Virus record (IMG/VR): IMGVR_UViG_3300032236_001159
Span: 21,711 to 85,710 of that record
DNA: 64,000 bases
Strand: one strand, 5' to 3'
Origin: a virus
The position numbers were made by a program, and so were the translations under genes. Numbering within the stretch: position 1 is the first letter of the stretch; the number at the start of each line of letters is the position of its first letter. Of the stretch, positions 42,001-53,097 are shown one piece after another. Below the pieces are notes generated by a model that was given only the letters and a program-made list of their open reading frames with translations, ran no database searches and had not been told where the DNA came from.

Positions 42001-45000
42001 TGATACCCATATCCAGTAGTGATTGCAACATTAACGATTTTTCCAGCATTTGGAACTCCAGATAAAAATTTAATTGTATTAGTTCCGGGAGTGTCGATTG
42101 AATAGTCTACTCCTGGGACTTGAAATACATTGTTTATAAGAATAATTGGATTGTTATTAATATCAGTACTGTCATTCGTATTTGTGTAAAGACCAACAAC
42201 AGAATTTCCATTAGATTTTAATGCAAATTGAGTTGCAGCAATTCCAGTGAAATCTGTTGAGATATCATCTAAAATTAAATTAACATCATTTGGTTGCGAT
42301 GAATCATATGCCCTTGAGAATACTCTGCCATTAAATGACGAAGAAGTTGCAAATTGTGGATCAGTTGATGTTATTGCTGGTCCATATGGTGGAGTAGAGA
42401 AATAGATTGTATCTTTTATGATATTAAAATCGCCAGTATATACTGTAACTGCTGCGCCTATAGTGTGTGCGGATGCAACTGAACCCATAAACGAACGACT
42501 GACATTGATAATATTAGTAGATCCAATCCCAATAGAATTAATTTTTAAATATTCATTATCAATTTTTAATATATCATTTGCTGTTATTGAATTAATTCCA
42601 GAAGAAACATATATTGAAGTTGAAGTAATTCCAATAGATGAAGAAAGTCCTATTATAATATTTTTTCTATGGATTGCACTTTGAATAATATTATCTATAG
42701 AAATAATAACATTTTGATTTGATTCTTGTAGACTGAATGATTGTATTTCAGAACCAAGAGATGATAAATTGAATGGAGATGAAATTGTTGTAGATAGTCC
42801 AGAAATCTGAAAACTATTTTCATCTATTTTGCGAACAAAAATATTTGATGGTAATTTCTTTGTCCCTAATATTGTTGGAGACAAGTAAAGATTATCTGCA
42901 GGAGCAGATCCACCAATATCTCCTCCGGAAATGATAATTTGATCAGTAGAAGCATAACCAGATCCACCATTAACTACATTCACCAAACTAATATCTTTAT
43001 TTGAATCTCTATAGATATTAAAAATTGCTCCAGTTCCAATTCCAGAAGAAGATGATGCTACACTCACATAAGAAGCATTAGCAGTTCCAGTTCTAGTTGA
43101 AGAAACTTTAGAAATTGTAAAATATAAGTTATTAGTGGGAGTAGATCCGCCAATATATGTACCTGCAATGGAAATTTGCTGCCCTACAGAATATCCACTT
43201 CCGCCATCAATTAATTGAATTGATGTTCCAATTGGAATTCCAGTTCCCGCATTATAATTGATTAATACTTGGAATAATGCACCAGTTCCAATTCCAGTAT
43301 TTACTGTTGATGGAATAGGAGTACCAAAACCAAAATACTGAATGGATGGACCAGCAGGAACTAATGTAGTGCTAATTCCAGTAACAATTCCACTATATGG
43401 AACATATTTGTTATACCCATTTTCAAATATTGCACTTCCAATTCCTGCACCAACTGCCATTATCACATCTAATGGACCTTGGGCATATGATGTTGTAGCA
43501 ATTCCAATTGCTGTACCAACTCCAGAATTATAAACAATTTGCTGTCCAGATTGGAATCCGTGATTTGGAATAATGATTTTATCATTTAGTAAATCTATTA
43601 CTGTGGATGCGGAACCAACAAATTCTTTATAGAATAGTGGATAACCAGAAGATGTAAGTTTGAATGAAGAAAGACCTACAACCGAACCTCCAATTGTACT
43701 TGTAATTCCAGTGAACTGTGAACTAATATCATCAATTTGCAATACTTTATTCGTTTTGTTTAAAATATATGTTTTTAGCGCAGTTCCTTCTGGAAAATAT
43801 ACTCTCTCTACTGATCCATCATCTAACATATCATCTTCATATACCATAGAAAAATTATTTTTGGTATAAAGAGAACTTATATTATCAATTTCTACAAGTA
43901 ATGATGGTTCCGATGATGAAATATTTACTTTCATATTGGTAGATTTTGCAATACCAAGATTCACAGATTCAGTAGTAGCTACCCCAATTATATTCAAATC
44001 CGAAAATTCTTTAAATCCAGAAGGATGAATAATGGATTTAACAGATTCTTTCCAAGTTGAATATGGAACTTCTCCCTTAATTGAATATGAAAATTTCTGA
44101 TAATAATTATTATCGGATAATCTTTGTTGATAATCATTCAAGTATCCAATATTATCATTAAGATTGTGAATCTTTTCTCTTGTGACCCCAAGTGAAGCAG
44201 GAAGATTAAATTGACTTACGAATTTTACTACTCCATTTAATTTCGAAATTTCGCCATAAAGTTTATCGCCAGGATTTAATGAACCTTTTGCATCTATCAT
44301 TCTCAATTGATTAATGTCATTATCCCAACCATTTTCCATCACTTTAGCAGAAAAATTAGTAGATGTAACTTTTTCTCCAGAAAAATATTTGGCATCATCA
44401 ATTAGATTCATTTCAAATTCTGGCATATCTTTTCTGTTTACAACATAACCAAGTGTTAAATCTTGATTGTAAGTTCCAAATTTTCCAGTTTGTAAACCAA
44501 CCATACTATAATCTAAAGTTTTATTTGTAGTATTGATTCCAGTTACTGTGAAGAAATTATATCCATAATTTCTTGAGTTGTAATTTGCAGAACTTGCAGT
44601 TCCAACGGATAACCTACATTTTTCTATGAATATTTGATCACCAACTTCAAATGGGAAAATAGAAATAGATGATCCATAACCAGTTGAAATATATGGAAAT
44701 TGTGTTGGGTCATTAACCAATTCAATTGTACCAAAACCAGTTAATTCATTTGCGTATATATTATCAATTTCATATCCATTTGAATTATTATAAGGAACAA
44801 TTCTGAGAGGATCTTTTAAATTGAATGAATTTGTATCTATAGATACACTATTCACAGATCCGCCTTGGATTCCTGCGATTAATTTTATTTGATCATTTCC
44901 GATTACTTTTAATCTTGGTGGAGTATTGTATTTTTTCCCGCCAGTTAAAATACCAACATAATCTACTCTGGATATCTCTTTAATAATACAAACAGCAGGA

Positions 45001-48000
45001 ACGCTTAATTGCGGTAACATTGTTGGATCTGTTGGATAATCAAATCCATCTTTCACTCTATCAAATGATAAAACTTTTCCTATTTCTTTTGAGATAGGGT
45101 ATAAAATGGCATTACTTCCAGAAGTGCTTCCAATAGAACTTATTGATGGTAGAACACTATATGATTTTCCGTATGAATTTAATCTTATTTGTGATATTGG
45201 CCCAGATGTATTTTTAGAATTAGTATCATAAAATACAGAAGAAATCCCCAACACTTGGGTGTATGCTGTATATTCTGGTTTTTGATCTAAATTAAATTTA
45301 AATGAAGACACACCAATCGCAATAATAGATTGCTCAGAAGAAAAAATACTAGAACGAATATCAATTTTATTATGTCCAATAACCTCATCATCCGAAGATA
45401 ATTGAAGTTTGTCAATATCATTAATTGATGTTGCGGTAAAATTATAATATAAAACTGGAGGAATATTTCTATTATTAGTTTCTAAAATTACAGAATCATC
45501 TGATCTTGTAATTGCAAGTTTATTAATTTCTTTTTTGTCAATTTCAAATTTCTTTTTAAATGTAGGATCTGTATAGAATTCTAATTTAGTATTTACTAAT
45601 GATGGATCTGAAACATCAAATACTACTTGATTTCCTTTTGAGAATGATAAAGGTGGATTTATGAGTGCAATATTATGAGTGCCAATTCCAGAATTTGTAA
45701 ATGGCAATGCAGCACCAACTTTTACATCATATGCATATTGACAAAGTTGAATTTTATCTGGATTTTGTTTTAGGACATAATATATCGAATTATCTATCAA
45801 CCCACCAATAGGCGAAGTTCCAGAATAATAAATGACTTTATCACCACTTTTGAGATTATTTGTTCCCAAATTAATTGTAGAGGTACTACCAAAAGATACC
45901 GAGTTTGGGGAAAAACCTATTAAATTTGTTGTAATTTTTCTATTCTTTATATCAAATCTAAATGATATATTTTCTGTTCTTGAAGGTACAATTGTGAATT
46001 TAATTTTATCTCCATCAAGAAGATTATGATTTTGCGAAGTTGTTACAATTCCTGAATAATTTTCAACTCTTGCAGTTACAGTTTGATATGTAGATCTTAT
46101 TGAATGCGAATAACCAACATTTGAATTATACGCAAATAACAATGAATTTAAAGTTGTTCCAATCCCAACCGAAGATGTGAATCCTATAGTTGAAATTCCA
46201 AGATAATCATTTCCATAATTTACAGCATAAATTGTTTGATTTTGCGACAAACTGAATACATTAGATGGAGAATCATAAACACTTAATCCTATACCTGCAG
46301 AATAATTATAAATCAACTGCTGTCCGGTATAAAACTTGTGATTTGGAATATAAATTGATTTTGTTGGGACAAATCTATTGACTATTGTACTAGTCCCAAT
46401 TCCAACAACGGAATAGTTGGTTCCAGATAATCCAAATCCAATCGTATTAGTTGGATCAAAATAGATCATTTTATTTTCAGGCAGTGCTACTGGAATTGAA
46501 TCCGTTTCTGTAAACTGAAATTTATTTGGCAATAATACAACATTTTCAATTCCTGCAGTATGAATTCCCCCGAAAGCAGATCTATTAACTAATAATTGTG
46601 AAGTTTCTGGAATAATTCCAGTAATAGTCATTGTTTCAGTTCCAATCGCAATAGAATCATTAATTTCAAATCCAAATGTGTCAGTTACTTTTATACTAGT
46701 AGATAAACCAGTAACAGAAGAATTTTGAATACTAGTTGTCAATCCAGTTGTCTTTTGGTTTACGAATATGGTTTTTGTGCCTTCTAGTTTCGATAAAGAA
46801 ACTGTTGATACGCCAGAAATAATAATTTTATCGCCATTTAGTAATGTATGAGGATAAGAAGTAATGCCAACAATGATATTACCTCTAGATGCAAAAATAA
46901 CATCAGAAAATGTAGTTACGCCGACTACCATATTTGATATTGTTTTTCCTTTTAATCTACTAATTTCGGCACTAATACCTGTTCCTTCTTGTGCCTTATT
47001 AAAATTAACAAGATCCCCAACATTATACCCATCTCCGAAAGAATCTATAAAAATTGAAGAAATTCCAGATTTTTTAATTTGATTTACATAGAATTCTTGC
47101 TTTAGAGATGGAGAAATTTTTTCTAAAATTTGATATCCAGAATTTATTGAATCTAGAAAATAATTACTAATATTTCTAGTTAAATTGTATTTTGAAATAT
47201 CAGTATCTTGAGTGAAACTTGGGTCAAAATTTTCGAAAATTGGAGTATCTTTAAAATAATCAGAAACAATATATGGATATTTTGGATATAATTTTCCACT
47301 AATCAAATCATATGTTGCAAAATAAGCATATGTTCCATATGGATAATCTGGAGTTATACAAAATCTCCCATTATATTCATCCAAATCTTCAGAAGCATTA
47401 TATTGATAGTCCTGTACAAAAAAACCATTCACAAAAGATGATGGTCTAAGTAAAGGTGATGATATTGACTTTTTGTTGTAACTTGAAGAAATAATCTTTA
47501 TAGTTTTATCGGAAAAACTTGTATAACCGTAAGGTCCGTATATTGGATTTCCATCATATGCCCATCCAATAATTGGTGAGTGTACAAAATCAGATAATAA
47601 TTCTTGATTATTATCTTGAATATTATCATTAATATTTTTTCTCAATTGTCTTGGCAGATAAAAATTAATTACTCCCAATTCAAGATTTTGATCTATATTT
47701 GGATAAGTTATTGTTTCGTCATCCCCTCCATAATATGAAATCAGGTTTTTATTTTTTTCAATTTGATTTATTTTCCATTCAAATACATTTGCAATAAATT
47801 GTAAACCTGTTCCTCTTCTTATCGCATTTAGAGATGTATTTGAAGGCGAATAACCAACACCACCATCAACGACATTAAAAGAAGTTATACTTCCATTTGT
47901 GATAATTGGCTGTAAATCCGCGTATTTGCCATCTCCATATATTTGTACCTTAGTGCCATTATCATACCCAGAACCACCATAGATGATTTGGACATCAGTA

Positions 48001-51000
48001 ATAGTACCATTTATTATTACTGGTTTTAATAATGCAGAAGAAATTGAAGATAATCCAACATAAGGTCTTCTATGATAATTGATAATATCGGAACATCCAT
48101 AAGAAACTCCGCCATCTTCAATATAAACACTTTCGGCTACCCCAAGAACTACTGGTGTTAAAATTGGTACTACAATAGAGCTAGATCCTATAGCAGATGT
48201 TGTTTCAATTTGAATTTGAATAGGAGGGTACGCAAAAGTATGAGTTCCAACTCCCAATGATTCTATATTAACATATTTTTTATTGACATAATTTAAATTT
48301 GATGAGGTTGTTCCAATACCAACATCAGACAATTTAAATTTATTTTCGTCAATAGTTGTAATACGATATTGAATACCAGTTGAAAGACCAGAAATTGAAG
48401 TATTTGTGTTTGAATATAAAACTATATCACCATCTTTAAAACCGTGTTGTTTTGCGTAAATATAATTATCAAAAGTACTAATTCCTGAAGTTTGATATTC
48501 TAATGATGGATATAAAGTTGATGATACATTTACAAATCTATTAGAATAATTAGATCCTTCATTTTTGACATATATTTTTGTAATCGTATTTTTACTATTC
48601 AATGTTCTAAATTCATGAAAACCAGAACTGATTCCAGTAATATTAACGGTATTAATACCAGATAAAACATCAACTCTATTTTTATAAAGTTTAATTGTTT
48701 TTGAATTTATTACATTTATAAAATAATTTGCATTATCAATCAAACCAGGAACATTTGAATTTCCATTTGAATAATAAGTTACTTCTTCATAATTATCAAA
48801 ATTATGATTATCAATAAAAGTTATAGTTTCAAGAGAAGTATTGATGGCTGTCAGATCTGCTCTAAATTTTGCAATAATTCTTGATTTAACTAAATTTGAT
48901 TCCAGTATTGCGCCATTTCCATTACCACCAACTAAAGTAATTTTTGGTTTTCTGTCATACCCAATACCAGCAGAATTTATTTTTACTTCTTTTAATGATC
49001 CAGAAAGAATTAATCTTGCTTTAGCACCATTTCCGTTTGTATCTTTAATGACAATTTCTGGGGAATTTATTACGTCATAATTTGAACCACTATTTGTAAT
49101 CAAAATAGAGTCCAATCGTCCATAATAGATATTTTCATCAAATAACGTTGGTGAATATAAATCTACTCCATTAATTAATAATCCAATTCTTCTATTAAAT
49201 GTAGTTCTATCTTCCTTTTTATCGAAATAATTAATATTCTCTTGAAGATTGAATTTTCTTAAGAATTTTTGATCCTTAATAGTTTTATTTTCATATCCAA
49301 ATTTGTAGATATAATCAGAAGTTATTCCAGAATTCAAAGTAATAGATTTATTTGCAAATAAATCGGTATTGCTGTACGATAACGATATAGAATTTTCATC
49401 TATTTTTCTTACAAAATAGTATCCAGTTGCAATTCCAGAAAAAGAAGATGAGTTGTAATAAATTTTATCACCGGTCAATAAATTGTGATTTGGAGCATAT
49501 GCAATAGATGTTTGTCCAGTTCCTACTGTAGAAACTATAATTTTTGTATCTGTAGAAGTAAATTTATAATTTGGAAATCCTGATGATGCAACGTAAGAAT
49601 ATTTTTTGTCTTTATCAATATATGTATTTTGAATGGAGCCATTTATTGATGATGCAAAATCGAAATAATCAGAACTTGTTTTTGAAACTTGTTTTTTGAT
49701 TCTAATTACATTTGAAGTATTTACAGAAAATTCTGAATTTACAATAATTTGATTTTCTGATTCAACTGTAGTTACAGTAGATGGTATATCAATACTATCT
49801 GTAATATAAATTTTATCATTTTTATAAAATTGAACATTGTCCTTCAGCACTATACGATAAGTATTTGGACTTACAGTCGAAATGCCAACTATGTCGTGAT
49901 ACGTTGGAATATTATAAATCCATTTGTTAAAATTTATATTCTCAGATAAATTCGCACCAAAAGAACTGAGAGAAATTTTATCTCCTTTTTTCAATCCCGA
50001 TGAATTTCCAAAATCAATATTATCAATAACATTAATAACTCTAAATTGAACTAAAGATGACGATTCAGTGCTAATATATGAATAAGCTAATTTATCTTCA
50101 TATATTAAATTCCCAAAATCTAATTCTGCTGATAGACCACTAATATTTAATAATTGATTATTTGTTTTATCTGTATATCTTAGATTTAATTTTGTTGAAT
50201 CTGTTGTTTTTGCAATTAAAGTACCAGAATATGCAAATCCAACAGTAGAATCAACTGTAATTGAAGACGCAGACGATTTAATTGGTTCTATTACTTTAGT
50301 TGTTCCTGTAGTTTCAAAATTGCCAGTAAATGATGTAGAATCTAATGATATTTCATATAAATCTTTATTTTCTACTGGTCTATATTCTACGTTATAAATT
50401 GAGGCAGAAACAGTACCAATTCCACTTATGTATTGATTTAACGTAGATCCTTTAAGAAGAATTGGATCGCCACCAGAAACTTTTTCAACTAAAATATTTT
50501 TAGTTGTAAGATAATTATTATCAGATGGCCTCAACATATAATTTTGAGGCTTTAATACTTCTACTTCTTTTCCATATAAAACAGAAAAAAGAAGTTTAAA
50601 TGACTGATCTGTTCCTTTTGCTTTATAAAAGTCTTTTGCCCTTGATAAAATATTAGTTAAAGAGATTCCGGAAGTAAAATTTCTCTCTTCAAATCCAGGC
50701 AAAAATTGATATTTAAATTTTTTAAAGAATTCAAAAAAGAAAATATAACTTAAATTATTTAAAGTAGATCCTTGAGTGTGATCAGATGCTTCAGTTATTG
50801 AAAAATTTAAAAATTCTGGATTATTATCTTTTTCTAAACTATCAATACCACTAAAACCACGAATGCACCCTAAAAATGAATTTGAAGTTTTTGAAGTATA
50901 TGTAATGATTTCATTATCAATTTTTATAAGTCCATAAGCATCTGGATATCCAATTGTATGTGATACGGAAATTACATCATCAAATGATAAAACGTCGGAA

Positions 51001-51227
51001 AGTAAAATTGATGGAAGTTGAATATCAATAAGTGTTTCTTGATTAAAATTTTCTATACTCTTATATTTTTGTAAATTCGTTGATAAATCTACAACACCAG
51101 TTTGGTGTTCTTGTGAAATATAATACTGAGTTAAAAATTCTTGAAAAAGAGGAGATTCTTCATTCAAAAATTCAGGAATTTGTGAATCAAGAATGTGATT
51201 AATTTTTATTCTTTTAATTTCTGACAT
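39021..51227 (-). CDS. gp7: Baseplate wedge initiator (4068 aa)
   Basis: SQIPEF...FLTQYY, FYKAKGT..SFK.LF, HSPIIGWAYDGNPIYGPYG, LDEYNGRFC.TPDYP.GTYAYF, DNNYYQKFSY, HPSGFK; between gp6 and gp8. Confidence 0.88.
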   Translation of the reverse strand: MSEIKRIKINHILDSQIPEFLNEESPLFQEFLTQYYISQEHQTGVVDLSTNLQKYKSIENFNQETLIDIQLPSILLSDVLSFDDVISVSHTIGYPDAYGLIKIDNEIITYTSKTSNSFLGCIRGFSGIDSLEKDNNPEFLNFSITEASDHTQGSTLNNLSYIFFFEFFKKFKYQFLPGFEERNFTSGISLTNILSRAKDFYKAKGTDQSFKLLFSVLYGKEVEVLKPQNYMLRPSDNNYLTTKNILVEKVSGGDPILLKGSTLNQYISGIGTVSASIYNVEYRPVENKDLYEISLDSTSFTGNFETTGTTKVIEPIKSSASSITVDSTVGFAYSGTLIAKTTDSTKLNLRYTDKTNNQLLNISGLSAELDFGNLIYEDKLAYSYISTESSSLVQFRVINVIDNIDFGNSSGLKKGDKISLSSFGANLSENINFNKWIYNIPTYHDIVGISTVSPNTYRIVLKDNVQFYKNDKIYITDSIDIPSTVTTVESENQIIVNSEFSVNTSNVIRIKKQVSKTSSDYFDFASSINGSIQNTYIDKDKKYSYVASSGFPNYKFTSTDTKIIVSTVGTGQTSIAYAPNHNLLTGDKIYYNSSSFSGIATGYYFVRKIDENSISLSYSNTDLFANKSITLNSGITSDYIYKFGYENKTIKDQKFLRKFNLQENINYFDKKEDRTTFNRRIGLLINGVDLYSPTLFDENIYYGRLDSILITNSGSNYDVINSPEIVIKDTNGNGAKARLILSGSLKEVKINSAGIGYDRKPKITLVGGNGNGAILESNLVKSRIIAKFRADLTAINTSLETITFIDNHNFDNYEEVTYYSNGNSNVPGLIDNANYFINVINSKTIKLYKNRVDVLSGINTVNITGISSGFHEFRTLNSKNTITKIYVKNEGSNYSNRFVNVSSTLYPSLEYQTSGISTFDNYIYAKQHGFKDGDIVLYSNTNTSISGLSTGIQYRITTIDENKFKLSDVGIGTTSSNLNYVNKKYVNIESLGVGTHTFAYPPIQIQIETTSAIGSSSIVVPILTPVVLGVAESVYIEDGGVSYGCSDIINYHRRPYVGLSSISSALLKPVIINGTITDVQIIYGGSGYDNGTKVQIYGDGKYADLQPIITNGSITSFNVVDGGVGYSPSNTSLNAIRRGTGLQFIANVFEWKINQIEKNKNLISYYGGDDETITYPNIDQNLELGVINFYLPRQLRKNINDNIQDNNQELLSDFVHSPIIGWAYDGNPIYGPYGYTSFSDKTIKIISSSYNKKSISSPLLRPSSFVNGFFVQDYQYNASEDLDEYNGRFCITPDYPYGTYAYFATYDLISGKLYPKYPYIVSDYFKDTPIFENFDPSFTQDTDISKYNLTRNISNYFLDSINSGYQILEKISPSLKQEFYVNQIKKSGISSIFIDSFGDGYNVGDLVNFNKAQEGTGISAEISRLKGKTISNMVVGVTTFSDVIFASRGNIIVGITSYPHTLLNGDKIIISGVSTVSLSKLEGTKTIFVNQKTTGLTTSIQNSSVTGLSTSIKVTDTFGFEINDSIAIGTETMTITGIIPETSQLLVNRSAFGGIHTAGIENVVLLPNKFQFTETDSIPVALPENKMIYFDPTNTIGFGLSGTNYSVVGIGTSTIVNRFVPTKSIYIPNHKFYTGQQLIYNYSAGIGLSVYDSPSNVFSLSQNQTIYAVNYGNDYLGISTIGFTSSVGIGTTLNSLLFAYNSNVGYSHSIRSTYQTVTARVENYSGIVTTSQNHNLLDGDKIKFTIVPSRTENISFRFDIKNRKITTNLIGFSPNSVSFGSTSTINLGTNNLKSGDKVIYYSGTSPIGGLIDNSIYYVLKQNPDKIQLCQYAYDVKVGAALPFTNSGIGTHNIALINPPLSFSKGNQVVFDVSDPSLVNTKLEFYTDPTFKKKFEIDKKEINKLAITRSDDSVILETNNRNIPPVLYYNFTATSINDIDKLQLSSDDEVIGHNKIDIRSSIFSSEQSIIAIGVSSFKFNLDQKPEYTAYTQVLGISSVFYDTNSKNTSGPISQIRLNSYGKSYSVLPSISSIGSTSGSNAILYPISKEIGKVLSFDRVKDGFDYPTDPTMLPQLSVPAVCIIKEISRVDYVGILTGGKKYNTPPRLKVIGNDQIKLIAGIQGGSVNSVSIDTNSFNLKDPLRIVPYNNSNGYEIDNIYANELTGFGTIELVNDPTQFPYISTGYGSSISIFPFEVGDQIFIEKCRLSVGTASSANYNSRNYGYNFFTVTGINTTNKTLDYSMVGLQTGKFGTYNQDLTLGYVVNRKDMPEFEMNLIDDAKYFSGEKVTSTNFSAKVMENGWDNDINQLRMIDAKGSLNPGDKLYGEISKLNGVVKFVSQFNLPASLGVTREKIHNLNDNIGYLNDYQQRLSDNNYYQKFSYSIKGEVPYSTWKESVKSIIHPSGFKEFSDLNIIGVATTESVNLGIAKSTNMKVNISSSEPSLLVEIDNISSLYTKNNFSMVYEDDMLDDGSVERVYFPEGTALKTYILNKTNKVLQIDDISSQFTGITSTIGGSVVGLSSFKLTSSGYPLFYKEFVGSASTVIDLLNDKIIIPNHGFQSGQQIVYNSGVGTAIGIATTSYAQGPLDVIMAVGAGIGSAIFENGYNKYVPYSGIVTGISTTLVPAGPSIQYFGFGTPIPSTVNTGIGTGALFQVLINYNAGTGIPIGTSIQLIDGGSGYSVGQQISIAGTYIGGSTPTNNLYFTISKVSSTRTGTANASYVSVASSSSGIGTGAIFNIYRDSNKDISLVNVVNGGSGYASTDQIIISGGDIGGSAPADNLYLSPTILGTKKLPSNIFVRKIDENSFQISGLSTTISSPFNLSSLGSEIQSFSLQESNQNVIISIDNIIQSAIHRKNIIIGLSSSIGITSTSIYVSSGINSITANDILKIDNEYLKINSIGIGSTNIINVSRSFMGSVASAHTIGAAVTVYTGDFNIIKDTIYFSTPPYGPAITSTDPQFATSSSFNGRVFSRAYDSSQPNDVNLILDDISTDFTGIAATQFALKSNGNSVVGLYTNTNDSTDINNNPIILINNVFQVPGVDYSIDTPGTNTIKFLSGVPNAGKIVNVAITTGYGYQPLLGASATASVSVGGTINAIAIKGAGSGYRTPPSVSIASTVGFGASIIPTIGVGGTISNFTIVNGGIGYTSSSPIYVNIDLPLGYSNLGIAYTNGSTGSGINAKVSVQVGSGSSVIQFNLDSPGTGYKVGDILKVVGLTTNPNAGSSFNEFKITVTEVLNDKFSGFYPGQFIFFDDFSQYFNNSRKKFTLTQTKLDGTIEIVDLKKLPGSDLDLKNNLFVYLNDILQSPNYSYTFTGTRIVFNEAPKANSKCSVIFYRGSSLDVQTITPPKTIKEGDTITIGENIYDNLDREQFERVVKQIVSSDQLDTYNYDSIGINTDPSKFRPLKWSKQTQDRIIKGSLVSKARPSLISTIRPTTRIINQVNSTDTSIYVNNAYPLFTDVDNLSESDRNILIIENKDTTTSISKAVVSVSSTISSIIISDGGIGYAYTVSPKVSISTVSVQNKDPILNWTISSGLSTTASLLSVVVSNPIVAVGSFGVVAITTDAKSLQSLTNIGYAKTITFNSIGIGSTNKYIAVGQYGKIVSAVGFGTTISSWSEIDKYEETSVFGIITRSASTYISSLSDIKYSQTLDKWFSVGYSGAIFSAIGVGSTSFVKISSNTSENLNSIAFGNIIVAVGNNGTIVTSGIGTFWSSNNVTSQNLNKIIWTGTKFVVVGNNGTIFVSYDGNIWTTITPNILRTFVDIHYNSLYNLYALLDSSGILYYSKDLQNWTQRSSNQLNILKFINYSSDLDRYISVGIGATMIYCDSVYNFATATSNTTSGIITSITITNPGFGYDLNNAPKVLIEPEKTKIEEIISIKAKGDFGIIVGIDTSVGTGSTIPKIKFKLKSENYDNSTLGIGYSSLNTYGVISSGISVGDYFVIYNSNVQCGHALTGITTSSTPWVVVGTANTFIDGVYRAENVESSGVGIVTVTCSFSPGPGLTNSINFVTNTQSITNGFYGNYSWGKIYDYQNRAIGSPKQFTLNVNNGLIGLSTAPEVTRTRGLFKSK

Positions 51228-51228
51228 T

Positions 51229-53097
51229 TTATCTTGTATAATTTCCGTTGATGTAACTTGAGGTTGTTATGTACGAAGTAGCAGAAGTATTTTCACCAGA
51301 AGTAATAATATCTTCTATAGTATTTACTATAGTATTTGAAGTGTCTATTTGCAAATATGATTCTTTCAGAGCAATTACATCATTTGATTCCGGCATTGCT
51401 TGAATTTGTATGGTATTATTTGGCAAAGAAGTTGAGGTAATATTTACTATATTTAATAAAATTTCCCCATCGGTATAATTAACCGTACCTGCGTTGCTGC
51501 TGACAACAACAGGAACATTATTTACAAGTTTGAAGAATAAAATCTTTCCTTTTGAACTGTCTATGGGAGAATCAGTCAAGTATAATACATCAGATATTCC
51601 TTTAATATTGAATCCGGAAGATTTTATGTTATAATTTCCTGCTTTTTGGTGAAATTTATTTCCAAAACATAACTCATAAGTAGCAAATTTGTTTATTTGT
51701 GCTTGCAAATCTCTTCTCATTTTTACTTTTGTTATATTCGAAGTAATTGCCTTATTTGTATTATCAATTAATGCATTTATTTTACTATATTTGAATCTTC
51801 CACCAAAACTATTCACATCAGAGGAGGCGGAATATGATTTTATTGTATTAATAACTTGATTTTTCAATAAAATTACATCAGAAGTGAATGAAGTATTATA
51901 ATAAATTGTTGTATCAAGCTCAACGTATAAGTATTTTAAATCTATAATTTCTGGTTTAATTCCAGCAATTGAATATTGTCTTAATTTCTTTAAAATATCA
52001 TCTTTTGTGATTTGAGATAGATAATTTCCATTTCTTGGCTTAATCGATATGAATACTTTTCCATATTCTGGGGGATTTAATTCATCTCCACCATATGCAC
52101 TTACAGAATCTACATTTGAGTAAATATAAGGAATCAATCCTTTATAATCATTTGCAGTAACTGCTCTATATTGTGAAGCATATACTCTTGGTGCAAGATA
52201 CTTAACTGAATCTATCGTTTCAATATCATCACCATTTTGCGATGAAGAAATAGTTGTTAGTAATGAAATTCCACTCGTAATACTTACTGAATTATTATCT
52301 TTTAAATTTCCGGAAAAGGTAAAGTTTGCAGATCCATCTGCCGATTTGCCATTTGTTACGATATATGAAATAGTAATCACACTTCCGTGGGTTGGTTTTT
52401 TCCCTAAAATATCATCTCCAAATAATATTTCATATTTTTCATCTTCAATTTCTTGAAGTAAAAATAATCTTGATGTATTATCGACATTTAAAATATTTTC
52501 ATACAATGTATATGTTTCCGTAGTAGAATTTGTAACACTTACGCGAATTGTTGTGGTGTCTACTCCAGAATTAGGAATAATAAATCTTTGATTTGCTTGA
52601 CTATAATCGACTGTGAATGTTTTTGTTAAATATGTTCCTTCGTAAATATCAATATTATCAAAATATGCAATATTTGAATCATCTACTGCAACTGTAATAT
52701 TTGATGGTATTGAAAATATATAATTTCCACCTTGAACCGCACCTAATGCAATTACTCCTGCATTCAAAGTAATCGTTTTGGAGTTAAATCCTGTACTATC
52801 TACGGAAAAACTAATTTTTGCCTTAGATGCTCTCTTTGAACGGGGAACATATCCAATATTTCGTGCATGTGAGATTACATTTTCTCTGAGCGTTGCACTA
52901 TCAAGGAATGCTTCATTTGCCTGCATATTGGTGTTATATGCAGTAATATAACTATTATACGCAAGAATATCAATCAGGACCGAAAAATTAGATCCTTCAA
53001 AATCGAAATCAGTAAAATTAGAATTTGTTCTCAGATAATCTTTAATCTGAGTTCGTAGATCGCCAAAATCTAAATTGGTAAACTGATTAAATGCCAT
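51229..53097 (-). CDS. gp6: Baseplate wedge subunit
   Basis: LDF...FTDFDFEGSNFSVLIDILAYNSY, FLDSATLRENV, QYRAVTANDY. Confidence 0.96.
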   Translation of the reverse strand: MAFNQFTNLDFGDLRTQIKDYLRTNSNFTDFDFEGSNFSVLIDILAYNSYITAYNTNMQANEAFLDSATLRENVISHARNIGYVPRSKRASKAKISFSVDSTGFNSKTITLNAGVIALGAVQGGNYIFSIPSNITVAVDDSNIAYFDNIDIYEGTYLTKTFTVDYSQANQRFIIPNSGVDTTTIRVSVTNSTTETYTLYENILNVDNTSRLFLLQEIEDEKYEILFGDDILGKKPTHGSVITISYIVTNGKSADGSANFTFSGNLKDNNSVSITSGISLLTTISSSQNGDDIETIDSVKYLAPRVYASQYRAVTANDYKGLIPYIYSNVDSVSAYGGDELNPPEYGKVFISIKPRNGNYLSQITKDDILKKLRQYSIAGIKPEIIDLKYLYVELDTTIYYNTSFTSDVILLKNQVINTIKSYSASSDVNSFGGRFKYSKINALIDNTNKAITSNITKVKMRRDLQAQINKFATYELCFGNKFHQKAGNYNIKSSGFNIKGISDVLYLTDSPIDSSKGKILFFKLVNNVPVVVSSNAGTVNYTDGEILLNIVNITSTSLPNNTIQIQAMPESNDVIALKESYLQIDTSNTIVNTIEDIITSGENTSATSYITTSSYINGNYTR

